DNA of 64,000 nucleotides from Candidatus Syntropharchaeum sp. GTDB taxonomy: Archaea > Halobacteriota > Syntropharchaeia > Syntropharchaeales > Syntropharchaeaceae. Shown here in pieces: positions 10,066 to 17,411 of the stretch (position 1 is its first letter; each line of letters opens with the position of its first letter). Both the position numbers and the translations under genes were made by a program. The stretch covers positions 16,166 through 80,165 of the forward strand of contig JAOQII010000003.1 in assembly GCA_026134025.1 (NCBI GenBank). The letters run 5' to 3'. The notes below the pieces were generated by a model, which searched no databases, was not told the origin of the DNA, and saw nothing but the letters and a program-made list of their open reading frames with translations.

Positions 10066-11250
10066 GTGCAAATGTACCTTGAGAAGGGCGAGGAACAAAT
10101 TTTAGCTGGTGAAAAAGGCAGAACTCTCCAGAAGATGATGGAGATCCTCGTAACACTTGGAAAGATCTATGATGCAGAGTACCTGATCCCGATAAAAAGT
10201 GTGCAGATTGCAGGTGTCTCGTACAAGACGATCGGGGATGCGGGGCTTGAATGGATCGAAGATATCGATGCACAGGTTGTTGTCCCATCGATACTCAATC
10301 CAATGGGCATGGATCGGGAAAGATGGCGAGAGATGGGCATAAGCGAGGATTTCTACAGGAAGCAGATCGAGATACTCGATGCGTACAGCAGGATGGGGAT
10401 TAGATTGGAATGCACCTGCACCCCTTACTACCTTGAAGATGGTAGGCCCTGCCTGGGCGACCATCTTGCATGGTCTGAGTCCTCTGCAATCTCGTTTGCA
10501 AATTCGGTGATTGGAGCAAGGACCAATCGAGAGAGTGGGATATCTGCCCTTGCATCGGCACTGCTCGGAAAGACGCCATATTATGGATATCACCTCGATG
10601 AGAACCGGGTTCCAGCAATTGGGATCGAGGTGCCTTTCACACTAACAGGCTCTGACTTCGGGGCGCTTGGATATGTGATTGGAAAGGTTATCGGTGATTG
10701 TGTCCCAATCTTTGAGTTTGCACCCTCGATAAAACCATCAGATGATAACCTCAAGAGCCTTGGTGCTGCACTTGCTGCGAGTGGTGCGGTTGCCCTGTAT
10801 CATGTGAAGGGTAGAACACCCGAAGCAGATCGTTTTGAGATGCCAGAAGAGACGATCATGGTTGAGGAAGGCGAGATTCGTTCTGTCTATGACGGATCGT
10901 CTGAACCCGATCTTGTAGCACTTGGGTGCCCTCATCTCTCGATAGAAGAGCTTGAGCTTGCAGCAGAACTCCTTCGTGGTAGAAAGGTCAAACGAGAGCT
11001 GTGGTTGTGTGTATCGAGGTATCTTAAAGGTAAGCGAGCAGATCTTGTCGGAATGATAGAATCATCCGGGGCAAAAGTCATCTCTGATACCTGCATGATT
11101 GTATCTCCTGCATGTGACAGGTTTGATTGCATTATGACCGACTCTGGGAAGGCGTTGAACTACATACCCACGATGTGTCAGGCAGAAGCGGTCTTTGGGA
11201 GTTTCAGAGATTGTATCGAGGTGGCACTTGGTGAGGCAAGGGACTGTTGA
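10066..11250 (+). CDS. Aconitase X family protein (DUF521), large catalytic subunit; putative phosphomevalonate dehydratase of the archaeal mevalonate pathway
   Basis: About 394 aa with a conserved Cys-rich aconitase-X core (LECTCTPYY, CMIVSPACDRFDC); no adjacent small subunit. Confidence 0.6.
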   Translation: MQMYLEKGEEQILAGEKGRTLQKMMEILVTLGKIYDAEYLIPIKSVQIAGVSYKTIGDAGLEWIEDIDAQVVVPSILNPMGMDRERWREMGISEDFYRKQIEILDAYSRMGIRLECTCTPYYLEDGRPCLGDHLAWSESSAISFANSVIGARTNRESGISALASALLGKTPYYGYHLDENRVPAIGIEVPFTLTGSDFGALGYVIGKVIGDCVPIFEFAPSIKPSDDNLKSLGAALAASGAVALYHVKGRTPEADRFEMPEETIMVEEGEIRSVYDGSSEPDLVALGCPHLSIEELELAAELLRGRKVKRELWLCVSRYLKGKRADLVGMIESSGAKVISDTCMIVSPACDRFDCIMTDSGKALNYIPTMCQAEAVFGSFRDCIEVALGEARDC

Positions 11251-11800
11251 GGATGCGATTTCCACCCTTAAATCAGGTGGGGTCATCGTCTATCCGACAG
11301 AGACAGTCTATGGTCTTGGCGCGAGTATATACAAAAAGGAGGGTATAGAGAGGATCTATGCGATCAAAGGGAGATTATTCTCAAAACCAGTATCCATTGC
11401 TGTTTCGAGTTATGATATGATCGATGAGGTGGCCTATCTCGATGAATCGATGCGTAAGATCATCGAGAAGATCCTGCCAGGACCTGTTACAGTGCTTCTT
11501 AAGAAGAGCCCGGTTGTACCAGATCGTTTGAGTGCAGGTTCAGATCTCATCGGTATCAGATTTCCAGATCACGAAAAAGCGCTTGCGATAATCGAATCCG
11601 TGGGTCCAATCACCTCAACGAGTGCGAATATCTCGGGTAAGAAAGATCCGATTGCTCCTGAGGAGGTTGAGATTGAAGCAGATATGATCGTATATGGTGG
11701 AAGATGCAGGATAGGAGTCTCCTCGACGGTTGTGGATCCTGTTTCAAAGAGAATCCTGCGAAAAGGAGCGGGGTATGAGAGGGTTGCTGATGTATTATAA
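11234..11800 (+). CDS. tsaC: L-threonylcarbamoyladenylate synthase (YrdC/Sua5-type, short form)
   Basis: VIVYPTETVYGLGA signature; probable GTG start at 11234 within the listed ORF 11195..11800; overlaps the acnX end. Confidence 0.75.
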   Translation, partial: RQGTVEDAISTLKSGGVIVYPTETVYGLGASIYKKEGIERIYAIKGRLFSKPVSIAVSSYDMIDEVAYLDESMRKIIEKILPGPVTVLLKKSPVVPDRLSAGSDLIGIRFPDHEKALAIIESVGPITSTSANISGKKDPIAPEEVEIEADMIVYGGRCRIGVSSTVVDPVSKRILRKGAGYERVADVL

Positions 11801-11877
11801 AAAAGTACCGAAACAGGGGATCTATTCCAATCACTTTACAAACGCTTTAATATATCCAGAACCATATTTTATTTAAC

Positions 11878-12753
11878 ATGATCGATGTGCGGGGTCTTCG
11901 TAAGGAGTATGGCACGTTCGTAGCAGTCGATGGTTTGAGTTTTACCGTCGATGAGGGCGAGATATTTGGGATCGTGGGTCCAAACGGGGCTGGAAAGACA
12001 ACGACCCTCAAGATGATTTCAACACTGATAAAGCCCACAGAAGGAAGGATACTCGTTGCAGGTTTTGATACCGGAGCGGATGAGGTTGAGGTTAAGAAAC
12101 GGCTTGGTTTTCTCCCGGAAGAGTCTCCGCTCTACGAGAACATGACGGTTGAAGATTATCTCAGCTTTTTCTCAGAGCTTTATGGGATAGAAAGTAATGA
12201 CGCACATTTAAGGATTGATAAACTCCTTTCAATGCTCAATTTGCCAGATAATGGAAATCGAATAGGTAATTTCTCAAAAGGAATGAAAAGAAAGGTTGTA
12301 ATTGCAAGATCACTCTTAAATGATCCTGAGGTTTTGATATACGATGAACCAACCTCTGGTCTTGATCCGATGACCTCCAAACAGATCATCGACTTTATTC
12401 ATGGTCTTAAGAAGGAGAGAAAGACGGTTATCTTCAGTGCACACAACCTCTATCAGGTCGAAAAGATCTGTGACAGGCTTATAATCATGAAGAACGGTAA
12501 GGCAGTTGCTATCGGAACGGTTGATGAGATCAGGGAAAGGTGGGGAGAGCAGAATTATTTTGTCGAGTTTAAATCCGATAAATTGCCAGAAGGGGTTGTA
12601 TGGGATGAGAACGGACATTTCAAGATAAAGTGCTCAGGAAATCGGGAGATGAATGACGTTACACGGTTTGTGATTGAGAATAGAGGAGAATTGATCAGGA
12701 TCACGCCGCATGAGTCCACGCTTGAGGAGATTTTTATCAGCGTTGTGGAGTGA
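11878..12753 (+). CDS. ABC transporter ATP-binding protein (orphan, with a C-terminal extension of about 70 aa)
   Basis: Walker A GPNGAGKTT, signature FSKGMKRK, Walker B LIYDEPTSGLD; no permease gene adjacent. Confidence 0.8.
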   Translation: MIDVRGLRKEYGTFVAVDGLSFTVDEGEIFGIVGPNGAGKTTTLKMISTLIKPTEGRILVAGFDTGADEVEVKKRLGFLPEESPLYENMTVEDYLSFFSELYGIESNDAHLRIDKLLSMLNLPDNGNRIGNFSKGMKRKVVIARSLLNDPEVLIYDEPTSGLDPMTSKQIIDFIHGLKKERKTVIFSAHNLYQVEKICDRLIIMKNGKAVAIGTVDEIRERWGEQNYFVEFKSDKLPEGVVWDENGHFKIKCSGNREMNDVTRFVIENRGELIRITPHESTLEEIFISVVE

Positions 12754-12831
12754 GAAAATATATTCTTCACGTAGTCAGGGAAGTATGAGCTAAACAAATA
12801 CCTCTTAATTTTTTATACATCCAGAGAAAGC

Positions 12832-12839
12832 ATTAAATA
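12832..12839 (+). promoter_or_regulatory. TATA box (attaaata) about 30 nt upstream of tRNA-Tyr
   Basis: Spacing is consistent with an archaeal promoter; a second AT-rich element (ttttatac) lies about 50 nt upstream. Confidence 0.45.
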
Positions 12840-12865
12840 GAAAATCGTAGATGTTTAGATCATAA

Positions 12866-12986
12866 CCCGCCTTAACTCAGTCTGGTTAGAGTGCGCGGCT
12901 GTAGTAAGATCATGTAACCGCGTGTTACACATTACCGCGACTTTGCAGATACCGCGATGCCCCCGGTTCGAATCCGGGAGGCGGGA
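12866..12986 (+). tRNA. tRNA-Tyr (anticodon GTA) with a 46-nt intron at the canonical 37/38 position (12905..12950)
   Basis: Folded by eye. Acceptor stem CCCGCCT/AGGCGGG with discriminator A. D arm ACTC-AGTCTGGTTA-GAGT. Anticodon stem CGCGG/CCGCG with loop CTGTAG(intron)A. T arm CCCGG-TTCGAAT-CCGGG. No encoded CCA. Confidence 0.85.
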
Positions 12987-12988
12987 TT

Positions 12989-13207
12989 TTAACTTATATT
13001 AGCTTCCTCGATCTCGGTTGCGATCTTGAGGTTGCTCAGATAATCATCGATCGCTTCGATCGCAGAACCTATCCTATCAAATGTAAAGGTGACTGAAATC
13101 TCATGGTCATCGGTTTTTCCTACAATATTTGGTGTATTATCAGGTTCAAGTGATTTTACAGCCGTGATGAACGCTTTATCGAGTATCAACCTCGCTTTTA
13201 GCTTCAT
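12989..13207 (-). CDS. pcc1: KEOPS complex subunit Pcc1-like small protein
   Basis: 72 aa; C-terminal helix AIEAIDDYLSNLKIATEI resembles the conserved Pcc1 helix; 3 nt downstream of the radical SAM gene on the same strand. Confidence 0.45.
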   Translation of the reverse strand: MKLKARLILDKAFITAVKSLEPDNTPNIVGKTDDHEISVTFTFDRIGSAIEAIDDYLSNLKIATEIEEANIS

Positions 13208-13210
13208 TCC

Positions 13211-14710
13211 TCATTCACCAGTATCTATCGCAAACTTCTTCTCAACCTTCTCGCGATGCAGTGTGTTGTAGGTGCAGAACGGGATCACCCTACCATCAGG
13301 GATAGCATAATGTATACCACAGCGCCTGACACGCTCAAGATCGATGTTATAAAGATCCTGGAAGTGCATTGCACCAAGAAAGAGCGTGTTGTCATGAAAC
13401 TCAGCCAGCGCCCTTGTATTTCCCTCTCTGATGACGTTTATAATGAGCTTTGCAACGTCCACCTTGATAGGCGAGCGTTCCTGATCTATAAAGTGTGGAA
13501 TTTTCGTGATAAGATTCTTAACCAGCTTCAGGCGATCACCAAAACCATGAATGGACGTTATTTCTTCCTCAAGTAACTCCATCAGCCCTTCGACATCGAT
13601 GAAGCGCGTGATCGGGATGTATTTACCGTCCTCGATAAAGACGTAGGTTGCGACCCCGCAGTGAGGATGCACCGTAAACTCAACCTGTGGTGTCTCTCTC
13701 CACCGCTCAATTATACGTGAGATCGGGAGAACAAAGGGAACCGGATAGAAATCGTCCTTCGCGATCGCACCAGCGGTCTGCTCCTCGACAAGCCGCATGA
13801 AGTCAGGTATTGTGATCCGCTTTGCATGAACTTCATTGATATCTGTTCTTCCAGCAAATGATATCGGCTGGACGTTTATTCCTCTTATAACATCATGGTT
13901 TTCTGCGGCAAAGTCGAGCATCGGACCGAGCTGATCATCGTTCAAGCCTTTTGCAAGCGTCTGAACGAGAACAACACTTGTGATCCGCGTCTTACGGCAG
14001 TTCTCGATCACCTTTAGCTTCAGAGGGAGTGCGTTATACCCACGAATTTCCTCATATATCTCCTCTTTGAGCCCATCGAACTGGAAATAAAGCGTGTTTA
14101 ATCCTGCATCGCGAATCTTTCTGCAGAACTCAAGATCCTTGGCGAGTTTGACACCGTTTGTTGCAACCTGAATCTGCGAGAAACCCATATCTTTTGCCAT
14201 GCGGATGATCTCTGGTAGCTCCTTTCTCACCGTCGGCTCCCCTCCTGCAAACTGGACAGCCGTACATCCAACCGGCTCCTCTTCCCGCAGCACTTTAAGC
14301 ATCTTCTCGATCTCTTCCATCGTGGGTTCAACGACATAGCCTGCCGCAGCAGCATTTGCGAAGCAGATCGGGCATCGCTGGTTACAGCGGTTTGTAAGAT
14401 CGATATTCGCAAGTATTGTGCCTGTTAGGTGTTCGGCACATAACCCGCAGTCATAGGGACATCCTTCACGCTCGCCAACCATCGGGTTTGATACACCCCT
14501 TCCATCCCGGCCAAAGCGCTTGAACTTATAAAATGAGGCAGGATCTGACCAGTAGACATCTTCAAAGTAGCCGTGTTCTGGACAGGTCTTTTTCATGAGG
14601 ATCTTTCCACCCTCCTCAAGAACGTCCGCTTCGATCACCATCTTACAGACCGGACAAATCGACTTTGTTTTGATACTATCACCAACGCTTCTCCTTCTAT
14701 TTCTACCCAA
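13211..14710 (-). CDS. Radical SAM protein, tetraether lipid synthase (Tes)-like
   Basis: Radical SAM CNQRCPIC (CxxxCxxC). N-terminal Cys cluster (CPVC...CPEHG...CPYDCGLC) could form a rubredoxin-like site. Further C-terminal Cys (CGVATY, CGIHY, FCTYN) could ligate auxiliary clusters. 499 aa. Confidence 0.5.
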   Translation of the reverse strand: MGRNRRRSVGDSIKTKSICPVCKMVIEADVLEEGGKILMKKTCPEHGYFEDVYWSDPASFYKFKRFGRDGRGVSNPMVGEREGCPYDCGLCAEHLTGTILANIDLTNRCNQRCPICFANAAAAGYVVEPTMEEIEKMLKVLREEEPVGCTAVQFAGGEPTVRKELPEIIRMAKDMGFSQIQVATNGVKLAKDLEFCRKIRDAGLNTLYFQFDGLKEEIYEEIRGYNALPLKLKVIENCRKTRITSVVLVQTLAKGLNDDQLGPMLDFAAENHDVIRGINVQPISFAGRTDINEVHAKRITIPDFMRLVEEQTAGAIAKDDFYPVPFVLPISRIIERWRETPQVEFTVHPHCGVATYVFIEDGKYIPITRFIDVEGLMELLEEEITSIHGFGDRLKLVKNLITKIPHFIDQERSPIKVDVAKLIINVIREGNTRALAEFHDNTLFLGAMHFQDLYNIDLERVRRCGIHYAIPDGRVIPFCTYNTLHREKVEKKFAIDTGE

Positions 14711-14794
14711 CCTTAATGGAAGAGGGGAAGATATATATATGTGTCGTTTGATAGGTATAGGTAGGAAGTAAAATTTGCATAGATAGGAACTTAA
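14711..14794. promoter_or_regulatory. Divergent promoter region with ATAGGT/ATAGATAGG direct repeats and atatatat TATA-like elements
   Basis: gATAGGTATAGGTAGGaagtaaaatttgcATAGATAGGaac lies between the radical SAM gene (minus strand) and the HTH-GT2-UbiA operon (plus strand). Confidence 0.35.
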
Positions 14795-15157
14795 ATGGTT
14801 GAGAAAGAGAATGTCCTGGATATTGTAAATAGGCTCTTTGAAAGGATTGGTTTTCCTGATACCGAGTCGAGGATCTACACGCTTCTTCTTGAGCGTAAGC
14901 GGCCATTCTCGATAAGAGAGATCTCCGAGGAACTTGGCCTATCGGTGAGAACAGTGAGGGAGCGGGTTAGAGCGTTATGTAAGAAGCAGCTTCTGAAGCG
15001 GGAGGTTGTGGAGAAGAAGTGGCTTGAGTATAGATACATGGCAAAATCGCCAAAAGAAGTCTGGGCAATAATCAAAAACAAGCTGGAGAATGCGATAGAC
15101 GAGGTTGAGAAGGAGTTCGATCTTGATCAAGATAGCGCGAAGAGGGATGTAAAATGA
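14795..15157 (+). CDS. Winged-helix transcriptional regulator (TrmB/ArsR-like)
   Basis: FSIREISEELGLSVRTVRERVRALCKKQLL helix-turn-helix; first gene of an ATGA-overlapped operon. Confidence 0.6.
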   Translation: MVEKENVLDIVNRLFERIGFPDTESRIYTLLLERKRPFSIREISEELGLSVRTVRERVRALCKKQLLKREVVEKKWLEYRYMAKSPKEVWAIIKNKLENAIDEVEKEFDLDQDSAKRDVK

Positions 15158-16482
15158 GAAAGATCGATTATGCCATGGTTTTTAGTGTTGACAGGATTGC
15201 TTATGGTGTTTCCACGCTAATACTACTCTCATCGGGTGTTCTTGCAGGGAAGATGGTCTATGACATCGAGCTATCGAGTGTCGGTTTAAGTTCAAACTAC
15301 AGCTACGTGGGGGCTGTTATTGTTGCTCTATCACTATACTTTGTTTACAGCTTCTTTAAAGTGGAAGACCCGCCAGCGATTGAGGCGTATGAGCCTGTAA
15401 CGATCGTTGTTCCAGCATATAATGAAGAAGATGTTCTTGAAGGATGTATCGAACATCTTCTAAAAATTGACTATCCAGAAGGTCTTTTCGAGATTTTGAT
15501 CGTGTATGAGCCTGATTGCAGCGACAGGACAGGTGAGATAGCTCTCGATCTTGCCAGTAAGTATGAGAATGTCTATGCGATCAAGAATCATGACAAATAT
15601 CAGGGTACAAAAGCAGGGGCACTCAACCTTGCGCGAAAATATGCAAGGGGCACGATCATCGGCGTTTATGATGCTGATCATCATGTTGAGAAGGACGTTG
15701 TCAGGCGGGCAGTCGCATGGCTTGGTTCTGATGATAAGATCGGTGCGGTGGATGGAAGCTGTTCTGTGCGGAATAGAGGTTATGATCTTGGTACGAGGTT
15801 TATAGGGGGGGAGATCGCGACAGGAATCGATCTTATAAGATTCATCGAAGATCGAGTCGTTGATAGCCACTTCATATATGGCTCAAACTTTTTCATACGA
15901 GCCAAGGTACTTGATGCGGTCGGTGGCTTTGATGATCGTGTTGTTGGCGAGGATAAAGAGATGGGTATGCGACTCATCGATCACGGCTACAGGATAAAAC
16001 TTGATCTCGGTATGCGAAGCTGGGAGCAGGTTACAACAGGATTCAGGTCCTGGTGGAATCAGCGTAAGCGATGGGATCGGGGGAGATTCCAGATACTGAG
16101 CAAGTACCTTCCGAATATACTCGATAGAGAGATAAAGATAAGTAATATAAGGCGTGCATATCCGTTTTTATTTGTTCAGGTATTATCCTATCCGCTCGGT
16201 CTTGTAGGAGTTGGATTTATTGTATTCACGCTGTACGTGGCATTCACAAATCCACTTCTATTCATCTACTTCTTCATGCCGTTTGTCCTGCTCTTTCTTG
16301 GAAGGAGCATTCAGGATATGAGATCTGGGATGGCTGACTGGAAAGATCTCTTAATCTCTGTTATAATGCCATTTTACATCTATTCACGGGCTTTCATTGG
16401 ATTTAAAGCGATGTGGGAAGAGATATTTGATATTGAACCACGCTGGGTAAAAGTGAGACGCACAAAGGACGATGTTCTATGA
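15154..16482 (+). CDS. Membrane-embedded processive family-2 glycosyltransferase (cellulose/chitin-synthase-like)
   Basis: VVPAYNEE, DAD (YDADHH), and a QxxRW motif (QRKRWDRG), flanked by N- and C-terminal TM helices. Confidence 0.75.
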   Translation: MRKIDYAMVFSVDRIAYGVSTLILLSSGVLAGKMVYDIELSSVGLSSNYSYVGAVIVALSLYFVYSFFKVEDPPAIEAYEPVTIVVPAYNEEDVLEGCIEHLLKIDYPEGLFEILIVYEPDCSDRTGEIALDLASKYENVYAIKNHDKYQGTKAGALNLARKYARGTIIGVYDADHHVEKDVVRRAVAWLGSDDKIGAVDGSCSVRNRGYDLGTRFIGGEIATGIDLIRFIEDRVVDSHFIYGSNFFIRAKVLDAVGGFDDRVVGEDKEMGMRLIDHGYRIKLDLGMRSWEQVTTGFRSWWNQRKRWDRGRFQILSKYLPNILDREIKISNIRRAYPFLFVQVLSYPLGLVGVGFIVFTLYVAFTNPLLFIYFFMPFVLLFLGRSIQDMRSGMADWKDLLISVIMPFYIYSRAFIGFKAMWEEIFDIEPRWVKVRRTKDDVL

Positions 16483-17324
16483 GTGTAGAAGTATTAACAC
16501 GTGTTAAAGGGCATTATCAGAACCTGCGGATCATAGACTGGCGAGCTTATGTGGCGATGGTACTCTTCGGGTATCTTCTTGCAGGGGGATTGGGCATTTT
16601 TTACCATCAAACAACACTTTATCTTATGATCACGACATCTTGCTACCTTGCATTCGCGTTCTCTGTGAACAACTGTTTTGACCTTAAAGAAGATATAAAA
16701 TCAGGTAAGACGAACAACCCGATTGCGGGCGGTCTTATCAGTTTTAAGGAGGCGCTGATGATCTCCATGGGCACGGCAATTCTCGGTGGGGTTTTATCAT
16801 ACATCTGGTTCGGTGGGGTACCATCTCTTCTATTCATGCTCCTCCTCCTTCTCGCATTTGCATACTCAGTACCGCCTTTGAGGTTCAAGTCACGTCCACC
16901 ATTTGATACTTTATCGCATGGTTTATTCTTCGGTGCGCTACTCTTTCTATTTGGTTTCGCAGTTATCAGTGAACCGTCTCCCACGATACTCCTCATCGCG
17001 CTATCGATCTTCGTCTACTCGATCACAATTGAACTAAAGAACCACATAAAGGATTATTACTCAGATCTTAGCGCAGGAACGATTACAACTGCGTGCTGGA
17101 TTGGAATTGATAAAACAAGAAAATTATTCAGAGTTCTCGTATATCTGCACTTTTTCATATTGGTTGCACTTCTATACACATTCTCAAGGCCTATTCTTTT
17201 AATTATACTTTTAATAATGCTTCTAATTCTTATAATATCCCCTAAAATAGATGAACGGATTCCTTCAACCGATGTAGCATCCCTTTTTGCCTATTTATCG
17301 CTCCTACCTCTTTATATTTTCTAA
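16479..17324 (+). CDS. UbiA-family prenyltransferase (DGGGP-synthase-like paralog)
   Basis: Multi-TM protein with an Asp-rich motif-1 variant, NNCFDLKEDIKSGK; overlaps the GT2 stop. Confidence 0.65.
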   Translation: MSVEVLTRVKGHYQNLRIIDWRAYVAMVLFGYLLAGGLGIFYHQTTLYLMITTSCYLAFAFSVNNCFDLKEDIKSGKTNNPIAGGLISFKEALMISMGTAILGGVLSYIWFGGVPSLLFMLLLLLAFAYSVPPLRFKSRPPFDTLSHGLFFGALLFLFGFAVISEPSPTILLIALSIFVYSITIELKNHIKDYYSDLSAGTITTACWIGIDKTRKLFRVLVYLHFFILVALLYTFSRPILLIILLIMLLILIISPKIDERIPSTDVASLFAYLSLLPLYIF

Positions 17325-17360
17325 AGTTGTTTCTGCAATCTCATACCCCTTTCCACAAAC

Positions 17361-17368
17361 TATTTATA
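17361..17368 (+). promoter_or_regulatory. TATA box (tatttata) upstream of the acd-like gene
   Basis: 44-51 nt upstream of the ATG at 17412. Confidence 0.4.
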
Positions 17369-17376
17369 CTTGTAAC

Positions 17377-17402
17377 CGAAATTATCGTTAACGAATATTT
17401 CG
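17377..17402. promoter_or_regulatory. 26-nt near-perfect palindrome (candidate operator) overlapping the predicted transcription start
   Basis: CGAAATTATCGTTAACGAATATTTCG; its reverse complement differs only by TA/AT swaps; the core CGTTAACG is perfectly palindromic. Confidence 0.45.
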
Positions 17403-17411
17403 TTAAAGGTC

